64,000 nt of DNA, from assembly GCA_017429165.1 (NCBI GenBank), contig JAFRPL010000036.1, positions 11,848 to 75,847 of the forward strand, given 5' to 3'. This DNA comes from Clostridia bacterium (lineage in GTDB: Bacteria; Bacillota; Clostridia; Oscillospirales; CAG-382). The notes beneath the pieces were generated by a model. It had not been told where the DNA came from. It did no database searches and saw nothing but the letters and a program-made list of their open reading frames with translations. A program made the translations under genes and the position numbers. Of the stretch, positions 55,822-64,000 are shown in pieces; position 1 is the first letter of the stretch; each line of letters opens with the position of its first letter.

Positions 55822-56940
55822 TTATATGTTTTTCTTAAAACAGCGTCTGCGCTTGTTCTGACATATTTCAAAATATTTCAAAATGTTCTGAATATGATGA
55901 TTGTCTTCAAGCATAAGATTGGTCTCAAGATGATCGAGGTCGCTTTCGCGCAGGAAGTTGATGAGAAGCCCTATGAGAATTGTGGCGACGCCTTTTGATT
56001 CATATTCCGGCAGTATGCCTATGAGCCCAAGATCGAGCACTTTGGGGCTTTTTTTCGATTTAAGGAATCGTACTATGAAAGGCGGCGTTATATGTCCGCC
56101 GGATTTTCGCACCGCATCGGAAATAGAAGGGAACATCAGCGAAAAGCCGATCATCCGGTCATTTTTATCGTACAGCATCAATATATCCTGCGGACGGACG
56201 ATAAGTTTGAAATCCTTGATGTAATTGTCAATTATTTCCTGATTGAGCGGCATCGTGCCGTAAAGGTGAGAATATGCCTTTTCTATGATCTCGAATATAC
56301 CGTTTATGTGTTTGTCGACGATCTCTTTTATGGTTTTCGCCTGATAAACCCGTATTTCAAACCGCTTCAGCATTTTACTGCTGAATTCTATAATACGATC
56401 GCCGTTTTCGGCGGGAGCGTAAAGCTTGTATTCAAGCCAGTCGACGTCCTTTTCGAAACCGTACGATTCAATGAGTTTTTGATAATACGGGTAATTGAAC
56501 TGTTCTTCGTATGTATGCATCTGATCGAACCCTTCGATCAAAAGACCCTCGCGTTCGAGATCGGAATACCCTAGCGGTCCGACGAACTCTTCCATACCTT
56601 TCTCTTTTGCCCAGTTTTCGACCTTCGCAAACAGGGCGGCAGATACCTTTTCGTCGTCGATCGAGTCGAATCTGGTGAATCTGACGCGTTTCTGCCCCCA
56701 TTTTTTGTTGGCTTCGCTCTGGATGATACCTTGTATCCTTCCGGCGACTTTTCCGTCTTTATAGGCGATATAACAAACCGTGTCGCATACCTTGTTGAAA
56801 GGATAGTCCGGTTTGAAAATATCGAATTCGCCGCCGTAAAGCATTGGGACGAAATACTCGTTTCCTTTATACAGAGTCAAGGGGAAACTTACAAATTCTT
56901 TCTGCTCTTTTTTGGTCTTCACTTCGCGGACTTCGATCAT
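55822..56940 (-). CDS. GNAT-like acyltransferase-fold protein (uncertain)
   Basis: GAGGAG lies 8 nt upstream. 372 aa. The segment LGLIGILPEYESKGVATILI resembles the acetyl-CoA binding Q/RxxGxG/A region of GNATs. The assignment is tentative. Confidence 0.5.
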   Translation of the reverse strand: MIEVREVKTKKEQKEFVSFPLTLYKGNEYFVPMLYGGEFDIFKPDYPFNKVCDTVCYIAYKDGKVAGRIQGIIQSEANKKWGQKRVRFTRFDSIDDEKVSAALFAKVENWAKEKGMEEFVGPLGYSDLEREGLLIEGFDQMHTYEEQFNYPYYQKLIESYGFEKDVDWLEYKLYAPAENGDRIIEFSSKMLKRFEIRVYQAKTIKEIVDKHINGIFEIIEKAYSHLYGTMPLNQEIIDNYIKDFKLIVRPQDILMLYDKNDRMIGFSLMFPSISDAVRKSGGHITPPFIVRFLKSKKSPKVLDLGLIGILPEYESKGVATILIGLLINFLRESDLDHLETNLMLEDNHHIQNILKYFEICQNKRRRCFKKNI

Positions 56941-56974
56941 AATTGCTGCTCCTCGACTGATTTATGATATAATC

Positions 56975-57008
56975 ATTTAAATTATAGCACGATTTAAATT
57001 ATAGCACG
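56975..57008. repeat. Perfect tandem duplication (2 x 17 bp, ATTTAAATTATAGCACG)
   Basis: The copies are at 56975-56991 and 56992-57008. On the minus strand each copy reads cgTGcTATAATttaaat, an extended -10 element upstream of the 56940 start. Confidence 0.9.
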
Positions 57009-57061
57009 AAAAATGTCGAATAGCAATAGTTTATTATGATTTTATTAAGATTATTATGAAA

Positions 57062-57102
57062 TTATTAAAATGTAAAGCGGCGCAGCAACGCCGCGCCGCT
57101 TT
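57062..57102 (-). terminator. Intrinsic terminator of the proBAC operon
   Basis: Stem aaagcggcgc (57074-57083) / gcgccgcttt (57093-57102), with a U-rich tract downstream on the minus strand. Confidence 0.7.
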
Positions 57103-57127
57103 AAACGGTATTAAAACGGTCGAATAT

Positions 57128-57925
57128 TTATTTTTTCAGCTCGATCGTGCGCTTGAGCGACGCTTCGGCGGCTTCCGCCATCACTTTTTCAAGCCCGGAA
57201 CCGTCTATTACCGCGACGCCTCTCTCTGTCGTGCCGCCCTTTGAACACACCTGCGCGCAGAGCTCGTCGGCAGTCGATTTTCCTTCAAGCGCCATCGCGG
57301 CAGCGCCTTCCACGGTATTCAGCGCCAGCGAATACGCGAGATGCTTGGGCAGACCGATACTTTCGCCGGCTGAGGCAAACGCCGAAATGAATCTGTAAAC
57401 AAATGCGGGACCGCATCCGCTAATGCATCCGGCGGAGTCCATAAGTTCTTCGGGAATGGAATACAACTTACAGCTTTTTGCGAGTATCTTCTTGTAAGCG
57501 TTTTCGTCGCTTGAACGCAGATTTTCATAACAGTACAGCACAACGCCCTTTCCGGCTTCTATTGGAGTATTGGGCATCATGCGTATGACCGGCGACGAAG
57601 GGATATCTAACAGCTTTTTGGTGTATTCGATCGAGATCCCGACCGCTATGTTCACAAGCACGAAACCGCTGCGCGTACATAAAACGCTGCGTATCTCTTC
57701 ACAAACGGTCTCAAGGTCCTGCGGACGAACGCACAAAAAGATGAATTTGCACGTTTTGGCAATATCGATATTTGTAGAAGGCGTCGCGCCGAGCGACGCC
57801 GCGAGAGCACTTACTCTGTCCGCGCTGCAGTCGGAGATGAAAACTCTGTTGTTCTTATCGCAGCAAGCGGTCTTGATCAGTACCGATCCCATATGACCGG
57901 CGCCTATAAATCCTATATCGGTCAT
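57128..57925 (-). CDS. proC: Pyrroline-5-carboxylate reductase
   Basis: NAD(P) fold IGFIGAGHMGSVL and C-terminal motif SKGGTTERGV. Confidence 0.92.
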   Translation of the reverse strand: MTDIGFIGAGHMGSVLIKTACCDKNNRVFISDCSADRVSALAASLGATPSTNIDIAKTCKFIFLCVRPQDLETVCEEIRSVLCTRSGFVLVNIAVGISIEYTKKLLDIPSSPVIRMMPNTPIEAGKGVVLYCYENLRSSDENAYKKILAKSCKLYSIPEELMDSAGCISGCGPAFVYRFISAFASAGESIGLPKHLAYSLALNTVEGAAAMALEGKSTADELCAQVCSKGGTTERGVAVIDGSGLEKVMAEAAEASLKRTIELKK

Positions 57926-57930
57926 CTAAA

Positions 57931-59187
57931 TCACCTCGTTTGTCCGTTTCCTGTCAGAATATACTTATAAGACGTGAGCGCGTCGAGCCCCATGGGCCCT
58001 CTTGCGTGCATTTTTTGCGTCGAAATACCTATTTCGCAGCCGAACCCGAATTCGCCGCCGTCGGTGAATCTTGTCGAAGCATTTACGTATACAGCCGCGC
58101 TGTCGACATTGGCGGTGAAATATGCGGCGGCTTTTTCGTCTTCCGTTACTATACATTCGCTGTGGAACGTAGAATGGTTTGAAATATGTTCGACAGCCTG
58201 CTCAACCGAATCCACGACTTTGACAGCAAGTATATAATTCAAAAACTCGGTATCGAAATCGTTTTCTCCGGCAACTTTTCCGTCGATTATCGCGGCGGCT
58301 TTTTCGTCAAGCCGCAGTTCTACCGGAACAAGACCGTTTTCTTCGCGTTTCACACACAGTCTGTCATACAATAGCGGCAGGAAAATGTCTGCAATATCTT
58401 TATGGACGAGGCACACCTCCGCGGCGTTGCAGACGGAAGGCCGCGACGTTTTGGCGTTTTCGATGATATCGAGAGCCTTTTTGATATCTGCGCATTTATC
58501 GATATAAACGTGGCAGATACCTGCGCCGGTCTGTATGCAGGGAACTTTTGCGTGTTCGACGCATGCGTTGATCAGACCTGCGCTTCCGCGAGGTATGAGC
58601 AGATCCACATAACCGGCTGCTTCCATGAGCTCGGTCGCGCTTTGACGGGTAATATCTTCCACAAGACAGACCGCATTGGGATCGACTCCGTTATCCGCGA
58701 TCGCGTTTCTTATTGCCGAAACGATCGCTTTGTTGGTCTCTATTGCCTCTTTACCGCCCCGCAGTACGCATACATTTCCGCTTTTAAAGCATAGCGTCGC
58801 CGCGTCGCAAGTAACGTTCGGTCTGCTTTCGTATATCATCGCGATCACGCCTATAGGAACGCTGACGCGCCGCAGTTTTATACCGCTTTTCAGGATCCTG
58901 TTTTCCAGCACTTTTCCGCACGGGTCGTCCAGATCAGCCACCTTGATTATATCGCCGCATATCGCGTTAAGACGCGCGTGATCGAGTTTCAGACGGTCTA
59001 TCATAACCGGAGCGATCGTCTGAGAAGCGTTTCTGATATCAGTCTCGTTAGCGTTGAGAATATCATTTTCATGCCGCAAGACGGCGTTTGCGACATCATA
59101 TAACACGCCGCGCTTTTTTTCAGAAGACAGAGCGGCGACAGAGCGTCTCGCATCGCGCGCTTTTACAAGAAGTTCATGAGTAGTCAT
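57931..59187 (-). CDS. proA: Glutamate-5-semialdehyde dehydrogenase
   Basis: 418 aa. Motifs IYESRPNVT, CNAAEVCLVH and NASTRFTDGGEFGFGCEIGISTQKMHARGPMGL. Confidence 0.95.
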   Translation of the reverse strand: MTTHELLVKARDARRSVAALSSEKKRGVLYDVANAVLRHENDILNANETDIRNASQTIAPVMIDRLKLDHARLNAICGDIIKVADLDDPCGKVLENRILKSGIKLRRVSVPIGVIAMIYESRPNVTCDAATLCFKSGNVCVLRGGKEAIETNKAIVSAIRNAIADNGVDPNAVCLVEDITRQSATELMEAAGYVDLLIPRGSAGLINACVEHAKVPCIQTGAGICHVYIDKCADIKKALDIIENAKTSRPSVCNAAEVCLVHKDIADIFLPLLYDRLCVKREENGLVPVELRLDEKAAAIIDGKVAGENDFDTEFLNYILAVKVVDSVEQAVEHISNHSTFHSECIVTEDEKAAAYFTANVDSAAVYVNASTRFTDGGEFGFGCEIGISTQKMHARGPMGLDALTSYKYILTGNGQTR

Positions 59188-59954
59188 TTTATGGCGCCTC
59201 CGAAAACGGTCCCGATCTGCTTTCCTTCGAGCAGTCCGTACATATCTTCGGGATTCTCACCCGAAAGTATCACGGTACTTATGCCGGCGTCCAGGCACAT
59301 GCCCGCCGCGACGAGCTTGGTGTGCATACCGCCGGTGCCGAGCGAAGAACTGCTGCCCCCGCCGAGCGCCATTACGGAATCGTCAATCTTTTCAACGTGA
59401 TGAATGATACGCGCGTCGGGGTCCTTGTTGGGATCGGCGGTATATAATCCATCGATATCAGAAAGAATTATCAGTATATCCGCCTTGACAGAGATGGCAA
59501 CCAGCGCCGCGAGAGAATCGTTGTCACCTACGGCGATCTCCTCTGTGGCGACGCTGTCGTTTTCGTTTATGACAGGCAGACATTCGAGCTTGAGCAGCTC
59601 ATGTACGGTGTTCCTGAAATTGGCGTGGCGTGTTTCGTTTTCGAAATCGCTTTTCGTAAGCAGTATCTGCGCAACGTTATGACGGTATTCCGAAAAATAC
59701 TTGTCGTAAGTATACATAAGCTCACATTGACCGACAGCGGCGGCGGCCTGCTTAAGCGCCATATTGTCTTTTGCGCCGGATATGCCGAGTTTTCCCGTGC
59801 CCATACCGATAGCGCCGCTCGATACGAGAATTATCTCATGTCCGCGGTTTTTCAGATCGCTGAGTACGCGGCACAGTATTTCGGTCCGTCTGATATTCAT
59901 TTTTCCGCTCGCATAGGTGAGCGTTGAAGTGCCTACTTTTACGACTAATCTCAT
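59184..59954 (-). CDS. proB: Glutamate 5-kinase (short form, no PUA domain)
   Basis: Motifs VVKVGTSTLT, ILVSSGAIGMG, NENDSVA and GTGGMHTKL. It overlaps the proA start by 4 nt. Confidence 0.95.
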   Translation of the reverse strand: MRLVVKVGTSTLTYASGKMNIRRTEILCRVLSDLKNRGHEIILVSSGAIGMGTGKLGISGAKDNMALKQAAAAVGQCELMYTYDKYFSEYRHNVAQILLTKSDFENETRHANFRNTVHELLKLECLPVINENDSVATEEIAVGDNDSLAALVAISVKADILIILSDIDGLYTADPNKDPDARIIHHVEKIDDSVMALGGGSSSSLGTGGMHTKLVAAGMCLDAGISTVILSGENPEDMYGLLEGKQIGTVFGGAIK

Positions 59955-60038
59955 AATGACCTCAAATAATAATTATTCATCAATAATTTTCCATAAACGC
60001 ATACGTTTAAAGCTCATACGCGTTTTTGCTTAAGCGGT

Positions 60039-60067
60039 ATTATACCACTATATGTATAATTGTGCAA
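60039..60067 (-). promoter_or_regulatory. proB promoter TTGCAC-17-TGgTATAAT
   Basis: On the minus strand, TATAAT is at 60044-60039, preceded by TGg. TTGCAC is at 60067-60062. Confidence 0.5.
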
Positions 60068-60091
60068 TAGTTTTTGCAATTTTATAAGTAA

Positions 60092-60130
60092 TTTTACAAG
60101 AAGACCGGCCGTGAACGCGTCCGACCGGTC
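60092..60130 (-). terminator. Intrinsic terminator of the Udk-family kinase gene
   Basis: 9-bp stem (60103-60111 / 60122-60130). It is fully paired only in the minus-strand RNA, where one pair is G-U. The sequence uucuuguaaaau follows. Confidence 0.65.
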
Positions 60131-60139
60131 AATAGTTAT

Positions 60140-61831
60140 TCACCCGACAGGGAATATGCTGCCGCCTATGAATTCGCGCAGCAGACTGTTGCGCGGAACG
60201 TCTTCGCAGGAAAGACCGAGAAAGTATTCCAGAAATTTGAGCAGACGTTTCGCTTCCGGATATTCCGGCGCGTCGGTCGGTATAGCGAAGAGAAGGGGTT
60301 CGGCAAACGTCTTGAGAACCGCAAGCTCATATATGGAAGCGGAATTGAACATCACGTCGGCGCATTCCTGGAAGGGGAAAATGTGTTTTTCCTCGCCGTG
60401 GCGGACTGACTGCCAACGCGCTATCGTCTCTATTGCCGAAAAACCGCGTGTGCGCGCGTCGCGTACCATACGTCTTATTTCACGGCTGTCCGTTGTCGGT
60501 ATTCGGTTGTGCTCGTCTATATTCAGCGCGGTGATGGCGCTTATATATATCCTGAACTTGTCATCCGGGCATATTGAATACGAAAGCCGGTCGTTGAGTC
60601 CGTGTATTCCTTCTATCACCAGCACGTCGTCCGAAGCCATCTTCAAGGCATTACCGTTGAATTCAGGTCTGCCGAGCTTGAAATTGAACGTGGGAAGCTC
60701 GACTTTTTCGCCCTTGAGCAGAGAAGTCATCTGCTTGTTGAACAAATCTATGTTGATAGCTTCCAGGCATTCAAAATCGTATTCGCCGTTTTCGTCGCGC
60801 GGAGTAAGCGAACGCTCAAGATAATAATTGTCACAGGCGATGGGATGCGCTTTCAGTCCCACATTATTGAGTTGTATGGAAAGTCTGTGCGAAAAAGACG
60901 TTTTTCCCGAAGAAGACGGCCCCGCTATCATAACGATACGCCGGTTTTCTTCTTTTATGCGCTGCGCAAACTCACCGATGATGTGCTCCTGATACGCTTC
61001 GGATGAAAGAATAATATCTCTGCCTTCGCCGCGGGAGATCGCGTCGTTTAAAGCCGCCACGGTAGGGATACCTACGTTTTCGCCCCATGTATTGGATTTA
61101 TTCATCGCGGCGAAAAGCTTTTTCGGTACCTCGGCACTTCCTATTTCACCGGGCGTGGAATGGTTCGGCAGCACGAGCAGCACTCCGCCTTCGGCGGGCA
61201 ACAGATCAAAGATATCGACATATCCCGCGCTGGGCGGCATATATCCGTAGTAATAATCGAAATAGTTGCCGAAACGGTACATATTCGTCGTGGAAGTACG
61301 TCTGTAATGGAACAGACGCTCTTTGTCGCTCATTCCGTGCATACGGAATATCTCTATGGCGTCGCGCGTGGAGATCTTCGACTTGATGAATTTTTCATCA
61401 TTTTCCACGTACTTGCGCATAACGTCTTTTATTCTGCCCAGAGTTTTGTCGTCGAGCTTTATCCTGACGTCGTCTTTGAAGACGACGGTAAAATACAGCG
61501 CGTCTCCGATAGCGTATTCGAGTTTGAGCTTTTTCAGCTTTTTGCCGTACAGATGCGTTATCGCCCGCAGGAACATCATTTCAGCTCCGCGCTCGTACGC
61601 TCTGTGCCCGTCGCGGTCGCGTGTTGTATAAAAGTCAATTTCCGGCGCGCGGTCTTTGTTTGCGCCATATATTTCAGCGCGCGATATTCTCTTGTTGAGC
61701 TCGTAAAGTTTCTGGTCGATCTTGGCGAGGATAATCGGCGCGTCGTAATCCTTTTGCACGTCAGCGGCTATTTCAGAAAACAGTGCGTTGTCCGGATATT
61801 CGATCGTACCGCCGTTATATGTGAATTTCAT
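60140..61831 (-). CDS. Uridine kinase/phosphoribulokinase-family nucleoside kinase with a long N-terminal extension
   Basis: P-loop IMIAGPSSSGKTSFSHRL, VLVIEGIHGLN and RRMVRDARTRG. The ~270-aa N-terminal domain may be TGS/ThrRS-like (from memory). Confidence 0.75.
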   Translation of the reverse strand: MKFTYNGGTIEYPDNALFSEIAADVQKDYDAPIILAKIDQKLYELNKRISRAEIYGANKDRAPEIDFYTTRDRDGHRAYERGAEMMFLRAITHLYGKKLKKLKLEYAIGDALYFTVVFKDDVRIKLDDKTLGRIKDVMRKYVENDEKFIKSKISTRDAIEIFRMHGMSDKERLFHYRRTSTTNMYRFGNYFDYYYGYMPPSAGYVDIFDLLPAEGGVLLVLPNHSTPGEIGSAEVPKKLFAAMNKSNTWGENVGIPTVAALNDAISRGEGRDIILSSEAYQEHIIGEFAQRIKEENRRIVMIAGPSSSGKTSFSHRLSIQLNNVGLKAHPIACDNYYLERSLTPRDENGEYDFECLEAINIDLFNKQMTSLLKGEKVELPTFNFKLGRPEFNGNALKMASDDVLVIEGIHGLNDRLSYSICPDDKFRIYISAITALNIDEHNRIPTTDSREIRRMVRDARTRGFSAIETIARWQSVRHGEEKHIFPFQECADVMFNSASIYELAVLKTFAEPLLFAIPTDAPEYPEAKRLLKFLEYFLGLSCEDVPRNSLLREFIGGSIFPVG

Positions 61832-62060
61832 GGTACTCTCCTTTCAGTAAACAGACTTTTATCATTTTATTCAAATACAATTTTAACATAAATAACCGAA
61901 AAGTCAATACCGCGCGACGTATGATTTATAAGTCGTTATGCTTTTTCTTGCGCATTACCCCGAAACAATATCGCTTACGCTGCTTTTTTGTGCAAATATA
62001 ATATTGCAAAACATCCGCGACGATGGTAAAATGAATATATGCAAAGGTGACGTGATAATT

Positions 62061-63848
62061 ATGCTTTTCGGAAAAAACATCAATCGTTATTACATCAAAT
62101 ACTCACCGCGCCTTATTCTGGGAATACTGACGCTTATCACCGTTGACTGGCTGCAGCTGGTCATTCCGGTGCTTTATAAGTATGTCATAAACGGCGTAAA
62201 CAACGGATATGTCGATATCGACGGCGCCGCCGTCAGATTCGATATGGATTTCCTGCTCGATAAGATATGCCTCCCGATGCTGCTCATCATCCTTGCGATG
62301 GTGATATGCCGTTTTTTATGGCGCATATGCTTTTTCGGCGCGGGCATCAACGCCGAAACGGATCTCCGGCTCCGTATGTTCGACGTCTGCAAAGACCTTT
62401 CGCAGGAGTATTACCAACACAACAAAGTCGGCGACCTTATGGCTCTGTTCACGAACGATCTCGAGACCGTGCAGGACTGTTTCGGCTCGGGAATACTTAT
62501 GTTCGCCGACGCCCTTTTTCTGGGCGTGCTGGCAGTTGTAAAAATGGCGGCTATGAACATAGGGCTCACCCTACTTTGCCTCATTCCTATGGCGATGCTG
62601 TTTGTAGCAAGCACGATCGTCGGTAAATATATGATGAGAAAATGGGAAAAGCGCCAGGAGGCGTTTTCCTCGCTTTCGGATTTTTCGCAGGAAAGCTTTG
62701 CCGGTATCGCGGTCATAAAAGCGTTCGTAAAAGAAGCAAAAGAGCTTTCAGCCTTTAAAAAGCTAAACAAAGATAACGAAAAAGCCAATGTGGATTTCAC
62801 TAAGCTTTCTGTGGCCCTCAACATTTTCGTCACGCTGTTCGTCGAATCCGTCATATGCGTCATTCTCGGTTACGGCGGATACCTCGTTTGGAACAAAACG
62901 TTTGACGCCGGCCAACTGATGGAATTCATCGGTTATTTCAGCGCTATCGTCTGGCCCATCATGGCGGTATCCCAGCTTATAGAAATGCGTTCGCGCGGCA
63001 AGGCCTCGCTGCAGCGTATAAGCAAACTGCTCGATTCCAAGCCCGACGTCACGGACAGACCCGGCGTCGACGATCCCGGTGAAATCAAAGGCGACATCGA
63101 ATTCAGATCCCTTACGTTCCGTTATCCCGATACCGAACGCGACGTACTTTGCGATGTTTCGTTCACTATAAACGCAGGCGAAAGCGTCGGCATCGTCGGC
63201 AGGACAGGCGCCGGTAAGACGACGCTCGTTGACCTTATATTGCGTACCTATAACGTACCCGACGGAACGCTGTTCATCGACGGCAAAGACGTAAATACGA
63301 TAACCATAGAAAGCGTGCGACGCAACGCCGCTTACGTACCGCAGGATAATTTCCTGTTCAGCGACACCATAGAAAACAACATCGCTTTCGCTTCGGATAA
63401 CAACGATACCGAATCCGTGATCCGCGCGGCGAAACTCTCGGACGTGCATGACAATATTTCCGAATTCACCGAAGGTTACAAGACCGTGCTCGGCGAAAGG
63501 GGCGTCACTGTTTCGGGCGGACAGAAACAGCGTATATCCATAGCGCGCGCTATAATGAAAGACGCGCCGATACTCATTCTCGACGATTCTGTATCTGCGG
63601 TGGATGTCAAAACCGAAAAGAATATACTTGCAAATCTTAAAAACATACGCTCCGGCAAAACCACTATCCTCATCGCGCACCGTATCACCACTATCGAGAA
63701 TATGGATAAGATCATTTTTCTTGAAAACGGCCGCGTCACCGCGGTGGGATCTCATACGGATCTTTACGAAAACTGCACTGAATACCGCCGTATGGTAGAC
63801 CTGCAGAAGCTTGACGAACTCGAAAAGTCAAGCGGAAAGGGGGCGTGA
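62061..63848 (+). CDS. ABC exporter, fused permease/ATPase subunit
   Basis: ATG 62061 follows AAAGGTGA. Six-TM exporter domain. Walker A GRTGAGKTTL, signature VSGGQKQR and Walker B ILILDDS. Confidence 0.9.
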   Translation: MLFGKNINRYYIKYSPRLILGILTLITVDWLQLVIPVLYKYVINGVNNGYVDIDGAAVRFDMDFLLDKICLPMLLIILAMVICRFLWRICFFGAGINAETDLRLRMFDVCKDLSQEYYQHNKVGDLMALFTNDLETVQDCFGSGILMFADALFLGVLAVVKMAAMNIGLTLLCLIPMAMLFVASTIVGKYMMRKWEKRQEAFSSLSDFSQESFAGIAVIKAFVKEAKELSAFKKLNKDNEKANVDFTKLSVALNIFVTLFVESVICVILGYGGYLVWNKTFDAGQLMEFIGYFSAIVWPIMAVSQLIEMRSRGKASLQRISKLLDSKPDVTDRPGVDDPGEIKGDIEFRSLTFRYPDTERDVLCDVSFTINAGESVGIVGRTGAGKTTLVDLILRTYNVPDGTLFIDGKDVNTITIESVRRNAAYVPQDNFLFSDTIENNIAFASDNNDTESVIRAAKLSDVHDNISEFTEGYKTVLGERGVTVSGGQKQRISIARAIMKDAPILILDDSVSAVDVKTEKNILANLKNIRSGKTTILIAHRITTIENMDKIIFLENGRVTAVGSHTDLYENCTEYRRMVDLQKLDELEKSSGKGA

Positions 63849-63850
63849 CT

Positions 63851-64000
63851 ATGCGCGAGTATTATCCCCTTATAATAGTCGGCGCGGTGCTCGGCGTGCT
63901 TTCGATCATATTCATTGCTGCGTACTTTTCAATAAAGAACCGCAAAGCGGCGATCGGTTTCGACCGCAATATGAAAGATTCCGAAATAGTCCGCCGTCTT
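63851..64000 (+). CDS. Probable second ABC exporter permease/ATPase subunit (5' fragment, runs off the window)
   Basis: ATG 63851 lies 2 nt after the previous stop. MREYYPLIIVGAVLGVLSIIFIAAYF is a TM start typical of heterodimeric exporter partners. It is absent from the ORF track because it is edge-truncated. Confidence 0.6.
   Translation, partial: MREYYPLIIVGAVLGVLSIIFIAAYFSIKNRKAAIGFDRNMKDSEIVRRL

Noticed and set aside
61938-62060. N-terminal extension of the ABC exporter ORF
   Set aside because: ATG 62061 has a proper SD (AAAGGTGA). The upstream 41 codons lie in promoter-like sequence.
1-64000. Global UGA recoding (genetic code 4 or 25), to explain the in-frame TGAs at 17035 and 32002
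   Set aside because: Many well-supported genes end at TGA immediately before the SD or start of the next gene. Examples are 5980-5982, 6773-6775, 12477-12479, 27747-27749 and 28433-28435. TGA is therefore a normal stop codon here.
1-64000. Search for phage-defence systems, toxin-antitoxin pairs, prophage or other mobile elements, CRISPR arrays and RNA genes
   Set aside because: I found no integrase, transposase or recombinase, no nuclease/helicase/methylase defence-type genes and no direct-repeat arrays. The intergenic regions hold no tRNA- or rRNA-like structured GC-rich segments; they are short and AT-rich.

Overview
This 64-kb window is densely coding, with about 52 CDS on both strands. 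I saw no rRNA, tRNA, CRISPR array, transposase or integrase. Gene content and order suggest an anaerobic, endospore-forming Firmicute (Clostridia-like): pth-mfd, gdpP-rplI-dnaB, tilS-ftsH, sporulation gene yunB, a class III RNR, desulfoferrodoxin and ppdK. That taxonomic call is inference.

Layout:
- 1-1.9 kb: a chorismate-mutase/AroB fusion (edge-truncated, absent from the ORF track) and a metallophosphoesterase.
- 1.9-14 kb: the only accessory-looking region. It holds two paralogous modules of a large SBP-like lipoprotein followed by pectate-lyase-fold (beta-helix) lipoprotein(s). One module ends in a cytoplasmic six-hairpin glycosidase-like gene. The modules are separated by a zinc-ribbon/TPM gene pair and an AraC regulator. 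No ABC permease or ATPase is present in the locus.
- 14-27 kb: AI-2E transporter, a P-loop ATPase whose Walker A lies upstream of any canonical start codon, a PrsA-like lipoprotein, mfd, pth, ppdK and an orphan lipoprotein.
- 27-32 kb: C_GCAxxG_C_C protein, nrdG, nrdD with a C-terminal redoxin-like extension, and trxB. Two NrdR-like boxes lie upstream of nrdD.
- 32-34.5 kb: a pduL / IscU-like / GGGtGRT operon whose pathway is uncharacterised.
- 34.6-49 kb: a co-directional housekeeping block (trpS, parE, parC, gdpP, rplI, dnaB, tilS, ftsH, a DHHW-like protein, a TrmH-family methyltransferase).
- 49-64 kb: yunB, a metallophosphoesterase/hypothetical/DUF3006 operon, dfx, fakA-fakB-like genes, a GNAT-like gene, proBAC, a Udk-family kinase and two ABC exporter genes.

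The best candidates for something undescribed are:
- the permease-less lipoprotein/depolymerase locus;
- the zinc-ribbon/TPM pair;
- the NrdD-redoxin-TrxB arrangement;
- the pduL/IscU-like/GGGtGRT operon.

All family assignments come from motif recognition by eye. No database search was run.
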